In this document: in pieces, positions 12,207-24,340 of the stretch
Numbering within the stretch: the stretch's first letter is position 1
Layout: each line of letters begins with the position of its first letter
Translations under genes and position numbers: made by a program
Origin: Cetorhinus maximus
Lineage: Eukaryota
Direction of reading: 5' to 3'
Length of the DNA stretch: 64,000 nt
Assembly (NCBI RefSeq): GCF_964194155.1
Contig: NC_135916.1
Location: 1,116,001-1,180,000, forward strand
The notes under the pieces: generated by a model
The model's input: the letters and a program-made list of their open reading frames with translations, nothing else
Told to the model about the DNA's origin: nothing
The model's database searches: none

Positions 12207-12432
12207 CAAGAGGAGCAACATAAACAGGGAGATCCGGAGGGACCGGGAGCAGATAATTTATATTGTCACCTGGAATAAACATCTTGATGTGAGCTATTCA
12301 GATAATAGCCTGAAATCACATATGATTGGTTCCTCCACGGAATCTGCGAATCAGACAGTCTGCGGCTCCCATGTCTCAGAGTGTTAGATGATTTTTTTCT
12401 GAATTTACAATCTACGGAAAATTAATAGAAAG
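12207..12432 (+). repeat. Inverted repeat, right arm (ancestral H1 upstream sequence)
   Basis: Reverse complement of 10405-10628. A single homologous copy lies upstream of H1 in unit B (about 26970-27085 plus 27978-28055). Confidence 0.95.
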
Positions 12433-12570
12433 ACGAGCAAAGTTCGAAAAGAGGGGCAATTCTGTCCTGAGACCCTTACATTTGATACTAGTTTCAGCCT
12501 GTGAAGGTGCAGATGTGAACATTGTGTAAGGGAGCGTTGGAAATGGGCGGGCGAGTCAGAGGAATGAAAC

Positions 12571-12990
12571 TGTGTTTGTGTGTCCGTGCTGATCATGAGG
12601 TTTCCGAGACCCGCTTGCCTAAAATAAAAATATTTCCCTTCCAAAAATTCCACCTGTTCCCCAGCTTAACCCCGAAGTGAGATTTCAAGAGCATTTCTGA
12701 GTTGTTTTCTAGATTTCAGTCTAAGAGTAGAGGACATGTCAGAGATCGGGTGAAGGAGCCGCAGTAAATCAGGTTTAAATCGAAACTGGAGCCTTCAATT
12801 CGCGTGAAATATTTTCGACAGCAAACATTACAATGTCAGAGATAAGAAGGATTTAGTCTGGGACACTGGAGAGCCGGAATTTCCATGGAATTGGGGAGTT
12901 TGTGAGGAGAGAAAAACACAGAGAGGCAGCAGCAGCCTGGAGCTGACAGCAGCCTGTCTCCGCCCCGTCCGCTCGCTGCCTTTAAGTTGC
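12571..12990 (+). promoter_or_regulatory. H1 promoter: TG box, AC box, GC box, TATA-like TTTAAG
   Basis: TGTGTTT at 12571, AAACACA at 12914-12920, CCGCCC at 12960, cctttaag at about 12980. Confidence 0.7.
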
Positions 12991-13066
12991 TCAGTGCCGC
13001 CACCAGCGGCTTCATTTCTGAGCCCGTTCACATTGACAGAGACACTTTTGTGCAGAGTCCCGGAAC

Positions 13067-13720
13067 ATGACCGATACTGCAGCCGCCGAAACGGCTCCTC
13101 CAGCCGCTCCCGCCGCCCAGGTCAAGACTCCCAAGAAGAAGAAGAAGGCGGCTCCACGGAGCAGTGCAGCCGGTCCCAAGCTGGGCGAGCAGATCCTCAA
13201 GGTTGTGGCGGATTGCAGCGATCGCAAGGGGATGTCGCTGCCCGCGATCAAGAAGGCGCTGCGCGGCAAAGGGCTGGATGTGGAGAAACTGGGCTCCCAG
13301 ATCAAGCAAAGCATCAAGAGGAATGTGAAGAATGGCTTCCTGGTTCAGGTCAAGGGCACGGGCGCCTCGGGCTCCTTCAAAGTCCCTAAGAACACAACCC
13401 CGGGGAAAGTGGGAAAGAAGGCGAAGGTAGCAGCTGGCAAGAAATCTCCAGTGAAGAAAGCGGCAGCCAAGAAGGTGACAGCAAAGAAAGCAACGGCCAA
13501 GAAAACAGTCAAGAAAGCAACGGCCAAGAAGACTCCAGTCAAGAAAGCAGCGGCCAAGAAATCCCCAGCGAAGAAAGCAGCGGCCAAGAAAACAGCCAAG
13601 AAGGCGGCAACTCCCAAAAAGCCGGTGAAGAAAGCAGCCCCCAAGAAAAAGTCTCCGGCCAAGAAGGTGACGGGCGTCAAAAAAGTGGCGAAAGGGAAGG
13701 CCAAGCCCAAAGGGAGATAA
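13067..13720 (+). CDS. H1: Histone H1 (217 aa), unit A
   Basis: Globular domain (RKGMSLPAIKKAL...LVQVKGTGASGSFK), K/A/P-rich tail with S/TPxK motifs, intronless, downstream stem-loop. Confidence 0.98.
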   Translation: MTDTAAAETAPPAAPAAQVKTPKKKKKAAPRSSAAGPKLGEQILKVVADCSDRKGMSLPAIKKALRGKGLDVEKLGSQIKQSIKRNVKNGFLVQVKGTGASGSFKVPKNTTPGKVGKKAKVAAGKKSPVKKAAAKKVTAKKATAKKTVKKATAKKTPVKKAAAKKSPAKKAAAKKTAKKAATPKKPVKKAAPKKKSPAKKVTGVKKVAKGKAKPKGR

Positions 13721-13777
13721 GCAAAGACAGGAAAGAAGGGAAAGATCCCGAGCAAATTGTAAACCTCTGAACCCAAA

Positions 13778-13818
13778 GGCTCTTTTCAGAGCCACCCACA
13801 TTTCACATGAAAGAGCTG
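13778..13818 (+). terminator. Histone 3' stem-loop plus HDE
   Basis: CCAAA-GGCTCTTTTCAGAGCC-ACCCA followed by gaaagagctg. Confidence 0.97.
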
Positions 13819-14488
13819 ATTCCCTGATCATTTGATCCCTGTCTCCGCGCTGGGAGCAGTTTTCAGATGGAAATGTTTCTTTATCCTTCCACTTAAATCC
13901 TATTTTCCCGCTCACTCACTGACACACTCTCCACCCGTCCCCTCCCGCACTGTGCAATAAGACACAGGGATATCCTTACAGCTCCCTATCCGGAATGTGT
14001 CCCAGTGCATTCAATGTTTATCTTTCCTTTATTCACATTTTCAAGGTGAGAGTCAGCAATGGAGTGAGCATCGCTCAAATGTCCCGTCTCACAACTAAGG
14101 CCCATACCTGTTGTTTCTCTAATTCTGTTGGAAGAGATGTTAGGGAATTTCTAAATCCCTTTTGGCAGCCTGGAGGGGAGGGTTCGGGGGATAGTCTAGA
14201 GTTGTGTTGGTATAGAATAGGAGAGGGATTGAAATAGATGCAAACATTTGACTCTTGATTGAAATGCAGTATCGAGGGGGGAATATTACTGAGAGGATTG
14301 GATTTAATACATTCGATTTTCAAAATAGCTGGTTTATGATGTTGAAGTATTTCAGTTACGTTTAAAGTTTTCTGTTCAGCTCTCTTCAGAATTTGATAAC
14401 TAAATGTACTTCGGGCTGGCAGGAGGAGGGACTGTCTGACCAGAGACATTGCCCTGACTGTCACTCAGGCTGTCTCGCCCCGCCTCTG

Positions 14489-14565
14489 ACACACACACAC
14501 ACACTCTCTCTCTCTCTCTCTCTCTCTCCCTTCCTCAGTCAGGTCGGGGCGGGCTGTATAAAAGC
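14489..14565 (+). promoter_or_regulatory. H4 promoter: (CA)n(CT)n, TCAGGTC element, GC box, TATA
   Basis: Microsatellite 14489-14528, then tcaggtcggggcggg, then TATAAAAG at 14557. Confidence 0.8.
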
Positions 14566-14610
14566 GGAACGTGAAGCAGCTCCCAACTCATTCAGCAGCG
14601 ATTTGACTGA

Positions 14611-14931
<321 letters not shown>

Positions 14932-14964
14932 ACAAATCGACCCGACTCTATAACAAAACCCAAA

Positions 14965-14980
14965 GGCTCTTCTAAGAGCC
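14965..14980 (+). terminator. Histone 3' stem-loop
   Basis: GGCTCTTCTAAGAGCC. Confidence 0.95.
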
Positions 14981-16030
14981 GCCCACAACCTCACATTGAG
15001 AGCAGTGACTTCAGAGCTGGAGAGGGAAAGCGAGATGTAGTTTTATATAAACACAGCCTTTCCATCTGCGCATTTTCCATTAACAATATGATCGTGAGTC
15101 ACACAAGTTTCATGGTTTAATTTAGTTCGGTTTTCAGGAATTCGTTTCCATGATTCCTGCCGAAACTCGATTCAAAGCTTGACTGAGGAACACGACAGCT
15201 CCCAAACTAACACCGAGTTCACAAGATAAAGGCCATCATTTATTACACTTTAATCAGGAGTAACTATTTTGAGACACATCATTCTCGCTTCTTCGCCCCA
15301 TTATCACCCTGTCTTTTTTCTTCGCCATCTGTTCCTGGGTCGTTGAGACATGACAGGGTGTGGGGGGTACCAGTATACCAGCTTTAAATGGATTAGCCTG
15401 TACCGATGCAGCATGTTGTCTGGTTCCAGGGAGCACTGAACAACTTTATTCTGGCCTGTATCAGGGCGATCAATGAAATAACCCGAATTTAAACGGGAAT
15501 GTCAGGCGAATATTGAGAGGCTGATAGAAAAATCTGACTACACTTAATCACCTCGATTCTGCATCTCAGGACGGACGGAAGGGTGAAGTGGATGATCTGC
15601 TTTTGGTGCATGGTTTGGACTGCGAAGATGCATTTACGCACATTGTGGAAGATAGATCAAATATGTAAACTTAGATATTAACTTGATTTACAGAAAGGGT
15701 GCGCAATCCGCACACCCACATCGCCTCCCCCAGCCATAAAACACTAGAAACAAGAGCCAAGCCATTCTCTCTATAACATCTATAGGGCTTTGACATGAAT
15801 AAACCGATAAGGTTGATCAGTTTTAAATGTGAGACCCAAAATTCCGCCCATCAATAGGAGTTTTATTCCAGCCTGCTGTAAACCGATCAGGGAATGAATG
15901 AGAATTTAATCCACGTTCAAAAGCAGGAAGTCGGAGCTGGGACCGAAATGGGGCTCGCAAACATTGAGACCTTGTGATATTTGTCCATTCAGATTGATTT
16001 TATCTGCCTTCAAACTAGGTTTATTTTAAT

Positions 16031-16208
16031 GTCAGTTACTCGTCCCTTTGAAATTGGCGGGCATTGTGAAATTGATGAACTGTCAGTTTCTGCTCCACCA
16101 ATCAGGGCCCAGGAATCCATGCAGCCCGCTGCTCCTTTCAAATTTCTCGGCGGGATTGCGCTGCATCCAATCAGGACAGGAGGGAGGTGACGGACATGTC
16201 TTAAATAG
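16031..16208 (+). promoter_or_regulatory. H3 promoter: MYB-like, CHR/E2F-like, two CCAAT boxes, TATA-like
   Basis: GTCAGTTA at 16031, TTTGAA at 16047 plus TTGGCGGG at 16054, CCAAT at 16098 and 16167, TTAAATA at 16201. Confidence 0.75.
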
Positions 16209-16676
<468 letters not shown>

Positions 16677-16707
16677 AAACCCGACCCCCAGCACCATGTG
16701 CAACAAA

Positions 16708-16748
16708 GGCTCTTTTAAGAGCCACCAAGTCGGTCAGAGAAAGAGCTG
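16708..16748 (+). terminator. Histone 3' stem-loop plus HDE
   Basis: GGCTCTTTTAAGAGCC followed by gagaaagagctg. Confidence 0.96.
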
Positions 16749-16984
16749 CGATCTATTGTTAAAAGACGCCACCTCTTCTGCATATAATTTTCATTGTATT
16801 TCACCCTATACCTTTCCTTTGCTACATTTGTTGGGCTTTGGAGAACATTTGAAAGACGGTTATTTTATTATTCCAGGAACGTTTTCCCAAGTAGTGACAA
16901 TTGAGGAAAACACACATCCCATTGGCTTCTGCACGTTATCAGTTACATCTCTGTTTGAGTGACCAATGTGGAGGGTCCACGCAT

Positions 16985-17592
16985 TGACTTATCTTATACC
17001 TTTGGGAGGAATGGCGGTGCGATCAATGCTTATTGGTCCATTTTATTACAGCTGGTAATGTTCCTTTATATTACCAATCAGATCTCTGCTTGATTCACCA
17101 ACGTGGAGACGTCACGTGGTTGACTTCCTAAAGTAATGGCGCGAAATCGTCAGTTACTAACCCATTATATATTTCAAATTTGGAAAGACCGCACTGAAAT
17201 CGTAATAGCTAATTCCCTTTTTAAATTATAACAATGCACGATTCACCCAACTCTTTCCATCTTTTGGACATCCTGCAGCTTACCTGTATCTGTTAGTTTC
17301 TGACTTTTGAGTGCGGAGTTTCATGTCTCTGACATGAAGCAGAAATTAAAGCGCCAATTTTGCAGGAACCGAGCCTTTGTTTTATTGAACATTGAAAAGC
17401 CCGACGAAACGTATGTAAAACGAATAATTAATTTGATACAGAATATTGCCTTAACATATAACACAGTCATTTCCATTTTTTAAAAGATTGGTCTCCCTTA
17501 TTGCACTATATCATATTTGGTCACAAGCCCCAAATTCGCTTTTAAGATCCGGAATCCATTCGGGTTTAATCTCGGACCTTTTTTCCAGTCCT
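16985..17592. promoter_or_regulatory. Orphan H2A(/H2B) promoter; H2A gene deleted
   Basis: Colinear with 33935-34569. Shared segments: cttatacc..ggaggaatgg.ggtgcg, ccaatcagatctctgc, aaatcgtcagttactaacc, ttacctgtatctgtta, ggaccttttt.cagtcct. Confidence 0.85.
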
Positions 17593-19356
17593 CTTTCTCT
17601 TTGTTCAACATATTCTGGCATGTGAATATGGGCTTTTGTTAGGACTCTCTGCACCTTGTATATCATTGTCCGTTCTTTGAATATGATGCTCACTTTTCAA
17701 CTTTTTAATGTAGCATGTGAACATGGATTTTAATCAGGACTTATCAGTTGTTGACTGTGTATAAGTGTCATATTCATTCTGTATGTATCAGCCTCTGGTG
17801 CTGTGTATGAATGTTGCTAACCTTTGTTATGTGCCTGTTGTGGTTCTGTATATGGCTGCAGAATTAATACTCTAAATGTAAATTTTGGACCCTGTGGGCA
17901 TTGAATTCGTTTTTTTCTTTCACCATATCTGTTAAGAATTGATGAGTTGTGTGTTTTATTAAGTGTTTTCAGTTACTTGAATACTGTGATAGAGTTGAAT
18001 TAATCCTGTACCCATCAGTGTGTTGCATTGTATGTGGATGAATACATTTTGCCCTCTGTGTAGTACTCTGTACCTGCTATGTATGGAAGAGTGCATTCAT
18101 TCTATCTGCAATATTTTCTGGTACTATCCGTGAGAGAGGGATTCCATCTGAATCTATCAATATCTGGAACTAAATGTGAGAATGAAGTTGATACGGATCC
18201 AGCCAAGCTGTTTGAGAACAATATTTTTTTGTGTGTCAGTCAATCTGGGCAATTTTATGTCATTGTGGGTTTTTGGCTCTGCGTCCTTAAGACTTTTCTA
18301 AAAAGATTTGTGTATGTCTGTGGCTCCTGCTCTCCATTTAATTCCCTGCTACTCTATATGTGGTTGAATAATGCATTGCTTCCAAATATATTGTTAGTTT
18401 CTTGCTCTATATTTATTAGTCCCTTAAATTGATGGAGTGTGTATTCACTCATTTAGCTGACAGTGAGTGTGATTCATTCAAATTATCCCTGCATCTGCTA
18501 TTGCATGGGAATGTGCCACTCTCTGCATGTCTTTCAGTGCCTAGTACAATGCATGATTTTGGGATTAAATTGTACATGACAGCGTCGGGTAAGGTATGTG
18601 TTTGTGGAGTTATTTCTATGATGTTATGGCCTCTATGATTCTATATGAATGAGATTATTTTGGTATCCTTCAGTTTCAGGTAGGCTAAGTGAATGTGGGG
18701 TTCATTATTTATCTTTCAGCCTTGGTGCTTTCCAAGAGTAAGTACTAAGGGTAAACAAGAAGTGTTCAGAGAACTTACATTATGATTCTTAGTGAGAATA
18801 TTGATATGGCACATGTTGTGTATTAAGGTCTGTATTCATTAAAATTATATTTTACCTTTATTTCAGATATTGTATGAGATCTTTGGTGTGTAATTTAATA
18901 TGTTCCTCTGCGTGGCGTCTGGGTACATTCTTAGCTTCACATATACAGCTGATTGAAATGCACAGATTTAATGCTAAGACTCCACTCTTGTGAAAGGAAT
19001 GGATTGTCTTTCAATCTGAAAAAGTTTTGGGCCAGGATTGATGGGCCTACCATTCTGTGACACTCATTGAGTTTGAATTGGGGATCATATTCTGTCTCCC
19101 CTGTCGTGTTTGAATGTTGTATTGAACATGTCTGCCCATTTTTGGTTTAACCTATAACATGGGTTCTACCAATGTTATAGCCATAAGTTATATTCTGTAG
19201 TTGCATAGGAGTTCAAAAATGGTACTCAATCTGTAGCTCTGTGAAAACAATTGTGAATAGCTACATCACCTTCAATCAACTATATAGCCTCAAATGTAAT
19301 TGATGCAGTTTGTAGTCAAGGAATTACCATTGTACCTTTATTCATGCAGAGCTTTT

Positions 19357-19840
19357 CATAGAATCACAGAATCACACAGTGCAGATGAGGTCCTTCAGCC
19401 CATCGAGACTGCAACAACACGTGAGAAACAGCTGACCTACCTACCTAATCCCATTTATCAGCACTTGGCCCCTTAGCCTTGAATGTGATGATGTGCCAAG
19501 TGCTCATCCAAGTACTTTTTAAAGGATGTGAGGCAACACACCTCCACCACCCTCCCAGGCAGCGCATTCCAAACCGCCACCACCCTCTGGGTAAAAATTT
19601 GTTCCTCACATCCTTCATAAACCTCTTGCCGCTCACCTTGAACTTACGCCCCCTTGTGACTGACTCTTCAGCCAAGGGGAACAGCTGCTCCCTATCCACC
19701 CTGCACATGCCTCTCATAATCTTGCACACCTCGCTCAGGTCGCCCCTCAGCCTTCTCTGCTCCAACGAAAACAACCCAAGACTATTCAACCTCTCTTCAT
19801 AACTTAAATGTTTCATCCCAGGCAACATCCTGGTGAATAT
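19357..19840 (-). mobile_element. CR1 LINE 3' fragment (young family)
   Basis: ORF MLPGMKHLSYEERLNSLGLFSLEQRRLRGDL. Tail catagaatcacagaatcacacag. Confidence 0.92.
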
Positions 19841-21959
19841 TTTCTTAGACTGCTATGAAATATATAGCCCTGACTAAATTCTGAGGTACTGCATTGCAAT
19901 TTATTAAGTAACGTACAGTGAGCTATCTTTTTTCTGTTCTGGCTAAGAAGATTTAAGTAATATCTGATGAGAATGAAAGAGAGAGTATGATATTTGTTGT
20001 GTTTTCTTTTAATCCTTTGATTGGTCTGCTGGATTATATGGTAGATGGAAATATAAACCATATTAAGACTCTCCGGAGCAGTTTGTCTTTTGGATTGAAC
20101 AGTTGTCTCTTCCCTTTGAAACAGTGTGGGAATGAATAATTATTTACTCGTGACAGTGGACATAATGACCTGGCAGCATCTCTGTTCTCTGTGAACGATG
20201 CTGCAAGTATCTTGTGTTGGAACAAGCTCACTTTTCATCTTGCTTATGTTATAACTTTTATAGTTGTCACTATTATGTATCCACCTTAGTTACTAGCCTC
20301 ATCTGTCGATGCATAGCATTGTTTGTGAGCTGAGATTTGTTCACTTCTTTTTAAATTGATCATTTCAACCATTTTATGTTTACCATTGTTTCCACTGCAT
20401 ATTAATTTATTAATTTGCAGGCCTGTACTATTATTTGAGTAATGTTTTCATTTTTAAAAATGATGCTGAATTTCACTTTCATAACATATGGGTGAAAAGA
20501 TTATTTTGTCATCTTATTGGAATTGGGATCCCCCTTCTTTGCTGCAATTAATTCTATGAATTGCATGTAAAGTCACTGGGATCCATTTAGGTATTTTAAC
20601 CTGTATCAAATATATTATTTTCGCTGGAATGGAAGTGTGAAGTTGGTCTGTAACTCTCAGGATTTGTTTGTAATTACACTGCACGTTAATTTTTGCTGTG
20701 AGTGACTGACTGTTTAGAAAATCCACCCATGTCATTTTTTTTTTTAGCATAAGATGTGTTTCATTCTCTATTTTACAGTTTTGTTTTATAAATGAATGTA
20801 AGTTCTGTATAATTGTGTGCATTTTCAGGTATGTGAGTATGATTAGTTTTTATTCTCCTGTTGTATTTATTAATTTCTAAGATGCCAAAATGTGATTTTG
20901 ACATGGTGCCTGTCAGTTACTGGTAAGTGAGTGCTAGTGTTACACTGTCCCTGTGAATATCTGTTGTATGAGCATTACTTTGTAGCACTTCATTACTTGC
21001 AAGTGACTTTTTTTTCTCCCTCTTTGTGGCATGTGAATGTGAATATGTGTGTTGCTCTTACTTGGCATTTGACAGTTTTGTTACGTGTCTGGTAAGTTAA
21101 TGTGAATTTACACTCTTTCTTTTTCAGTTTTTAACATGTAAACATGTATTTGAGACTGATTCCCAATCTCTGGCATGAAAATTAGGAAATACCATAAATG
21201 TTTCAGTTTTTTATTCTGGATGTGTCACAAATATTCTTTAACCATTCTTCTCTTGTAAAGAAATTCTAAGATTTACTCAGATTCTCTTAGTAATGTTATG
21301 AAATTGTGTGATTATTGAACTGTGTGTAAGCCTGTCTGTGTGTGTGCACCTGTCTGTGTGTGTGTGGGTGTGTGTGTGGGTGTGTGTGCCTGTTTATGCT
21401 CCTTTTGTCTATCTTATGTGTGAATGGACTTTTCTCTCTATCTGTCATTTTTCAATATGTACATGTGCACATTGACTGGCACTCACAAGTATCTGGCATG
21501 CTGGTAAAGGTACATTTTGTACATATCCAGTTTTAGCTTTTCCCTTAGGATAGCCTTGGCTTTAAGTTGTAATATTCAGCTTCTGGTATGGAAGTGTGCA
21601 TGTTACCCGTACCTGACCCTTTCAGATATGAGAGTGTGGTATTCAAATTGTCTGCTCGTTTCTAGCCTCTGATGTGAGCATTTTTACTTTTGTTAAAGTT
21701 AGCATTTTTAATGAGACTCTGCATTTACTGTGAATTTCAGTATCTGATCTACGATTGTGGATTTTAATCAGTCCTGATTTGTTTCTGTTTGGGATTGATA
21801 TCTCTGTTATAGGAGTGATATATTCCATTCTGTTATTGTCACTTTCTAATGAGGTGAACGATCCTTTTTGATCAGAATCTGTTTAATTTTGGTGCCTGAA
21901 TATGGGATTTCCTTTGCAATTGTCAGATTTTGACATGAAGGAATGTTTATAATCTGTAG

Positions 21960-22190
21960 CAAAAGCAAAAACAAAATATCTACAGGTGGATGCTTGAAAT
22001 CTCAAGAAAAAGGAAACACAATTGCTGGAAATACTGAGCAGGCCAGACAACATCTGTGGAGTCAGGAGCTGAATTACCCTCCACCTGAAAATTCTGACAT
22101 CAGAAAAGGTCATTGAACTGTCATGTTCACTCTCAGCCTTTCTGAACAGGTGCTGGCTTCCTTGCTGAGTATTTCCTGCATTGTTGGTGT
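21960..22190. mobile_element. Penelope-related inverted-repeat relic (paralog of 2170-2372)
   Basis: gctggaaatactgagcagg is mirrored by cttgctgagtatttcctgca. Confidence 0.55.
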
Positions 22191-23719
22191 TTCTTCCTAC
22201 CCTTGTACGTGTTAATTTCCAACAAGTGAATATGGCATCACTGTGCACCTGCCAATGTCTGACAAATATGTTTCACTTCAATTCTGACAGGGTTTCAACG
22301 TAGAATTTGGTGTGCGTGTGTGCACATGTGCATGTTTCTAGAATGGTAGAATTTTTTTTTTTCTGCACTTTTCATAGAATGCTATGCGAATGTCAGTTCC
22401 CCCTGTATCTGTCACTTTTTAACATGTTACTATGAGTCTTATTGTTTACCTGTCTGTGAATGGGGATTTTAAAATGCACCAAGTTATTTGCTGCTGTGTG
22501 ACTGATTTCTTTTATACATGTTTGGAATTAATTATGGGTTTTTAAAAAATATATATACTTTATTTATAAAACATCTGAAAGAAAATTTCTAAATCGCCAT
22601 CACAAGAAGTGAAAACAGATTCAACTTTTAGACATGGATCACGAGATGCTTCAATACATTCAATGAATATTACAATCATTTCAATATGGTCATTACAGAC
22701 AGTCAGACAGCGCAATGATATTGGAGTTATCAACATACATCATGTTGCACACTTGAGGTGTTACAATACTATTACTATTCAATGCAGATATTTTTTGTGA
22801 GCAGTACAGCTTTACTCTGGGTATTTAACTCTCTGTAATGCACTTGTGGCTATTACTCTGCAGCTGCCAGTGACTGACATGTGAGGATGCATTTTGCATT
22901 CACTGTTGCTGACATGTAATGCATATTTTACTACTTAACTCTCAGTTACTGGTATATAGATGTGCTGATTTTATTCTGTATCAGTAATTCTGTGATATGT
23001 CAGTTTGATTCATTTTCCTGTTGTTTGGGTCAGGGTCAGAAGTATGATCATGGAAAAATAAATATGTTGAAACTCTTAGGCTATTTTAAATGAATGAGAA
23101 TTTAATTATTTGCTTTCAGTCCCCGGCATGAGAATGTGCCCTATGCTTATCATATTCTTGTAGGTGAGTATTGTCTTTCCTCCAGGTCTTTATGCACCTT
23201 GTAGGTCATTGTCGGTTTTGCCGTGAACATGTCAGCCTGTATTACTTGAGTGTGATGTTCACATTGCAGCTTTCAATTTAGTGTGTGAGCATAGACCATT
23301 CGTTCCCTCCTCCCAACCCCTCAACCCAAACCTACAGATTTTGATGCATGTTCATGTGTGATTTTAGCGTAGCTATCAACTTCTGCTTTCTGGGTACCCA
23401 TTTTCTTCTTATTTTGAAAATTCTGATGTGGAAAAAAGGATTTTATTCTGCACCTCTCTATCGCTGGTATGTGTCTGTGGTTTTACAATGTAAGCATCTG
23501 CCCCTGTCATGGGAATTCAGGTTTCTTCTGTATCTGTCAGTCTCTCCTATGAGAGCGGTGAAATGTTATTTGCTGTACTTGTCAATATCTGCTTTGTCAG
23601 TTAAGGTTTAACCTATCTTGTTTGTAGAGATCTGTTGATATAACTATTAGTGAGAATATTGCTCTGGCACGTGATGTGTATGTGTGTCTGTCTTAATGAA
23701 TATGTACTTTATCATTATC

Positions 23720-24340
23720 AGGGGAGGCGATGGTGTGGTGATGTTGTCATTGGGCTATTAATCCAAAGACCTAGGGTAATACTCTGGGGACACGGTTTCG
23801 AATCCTGCCGAGGTTTGGCGGATTGTGAATTCAATAAAAATCTGGAATTAAAAGAATAATGGTGACCATTGTCGATTCTTGTAAGAATCCATCTGGTGCA
23901 CTAATGCAGGAAACCTGTTGTCCTTACCTGGTCTGGCCGACATGCGGTGTTGTGTTAGACCCACTTGGCCACACAGTTGTAATAAACTGCTAAAAAGTCA
24001 CAAAAATGGAATGGAATCAGATGGACCACCCGACATTGAGTGAGGCACCGGAAACAAAAACGACTAAACTCAGCCCCGTTGACCCTGAGGGTAGATGGGA
24101 ACACCTCCAGCTAGAATTTCCACTCCAAGTCACTCCACCATCCTGACTTGGAAATATATCCTGTTCCTTCACTGTTGCTGGGGAAAAAATTTGGAATTGA
24201 CTCCCTAACAGCACTGTGGGTGTACCTACACCACGTGGACAGCAGGGGTTCAAGAAAGCAGCTCACCACCACCTTCTCAAGGGCAACTAAATGGTGGCAC
24301 AGCCAGCAAAGCCACATCCTGTGAATGAATTTAAAAAAAG
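23720..24340 (+). mobile_element. Old tRNA-derived SINE (paralog of 8243-8833)
   Basis: B-box-like gtttcgaatcc. Same tail and same flanks as the 8243 copy. Confidence 0.7.

Noticed and set aside
10405-12432. DNA transposon with 225-bp TIRs
   Set aside because: No TSD or transposase is evident, and the right arm is ancestral H1-upstream sequence also present singly in unit B.
13028-13915. 295-aa and other long antisense or alternative-frame ORFs over H1, H3, H4 and H2A
   Set aside because: These are shadows of GC-rich, biased histone codon usage. They have no independent domain, and their ends vary between copies.
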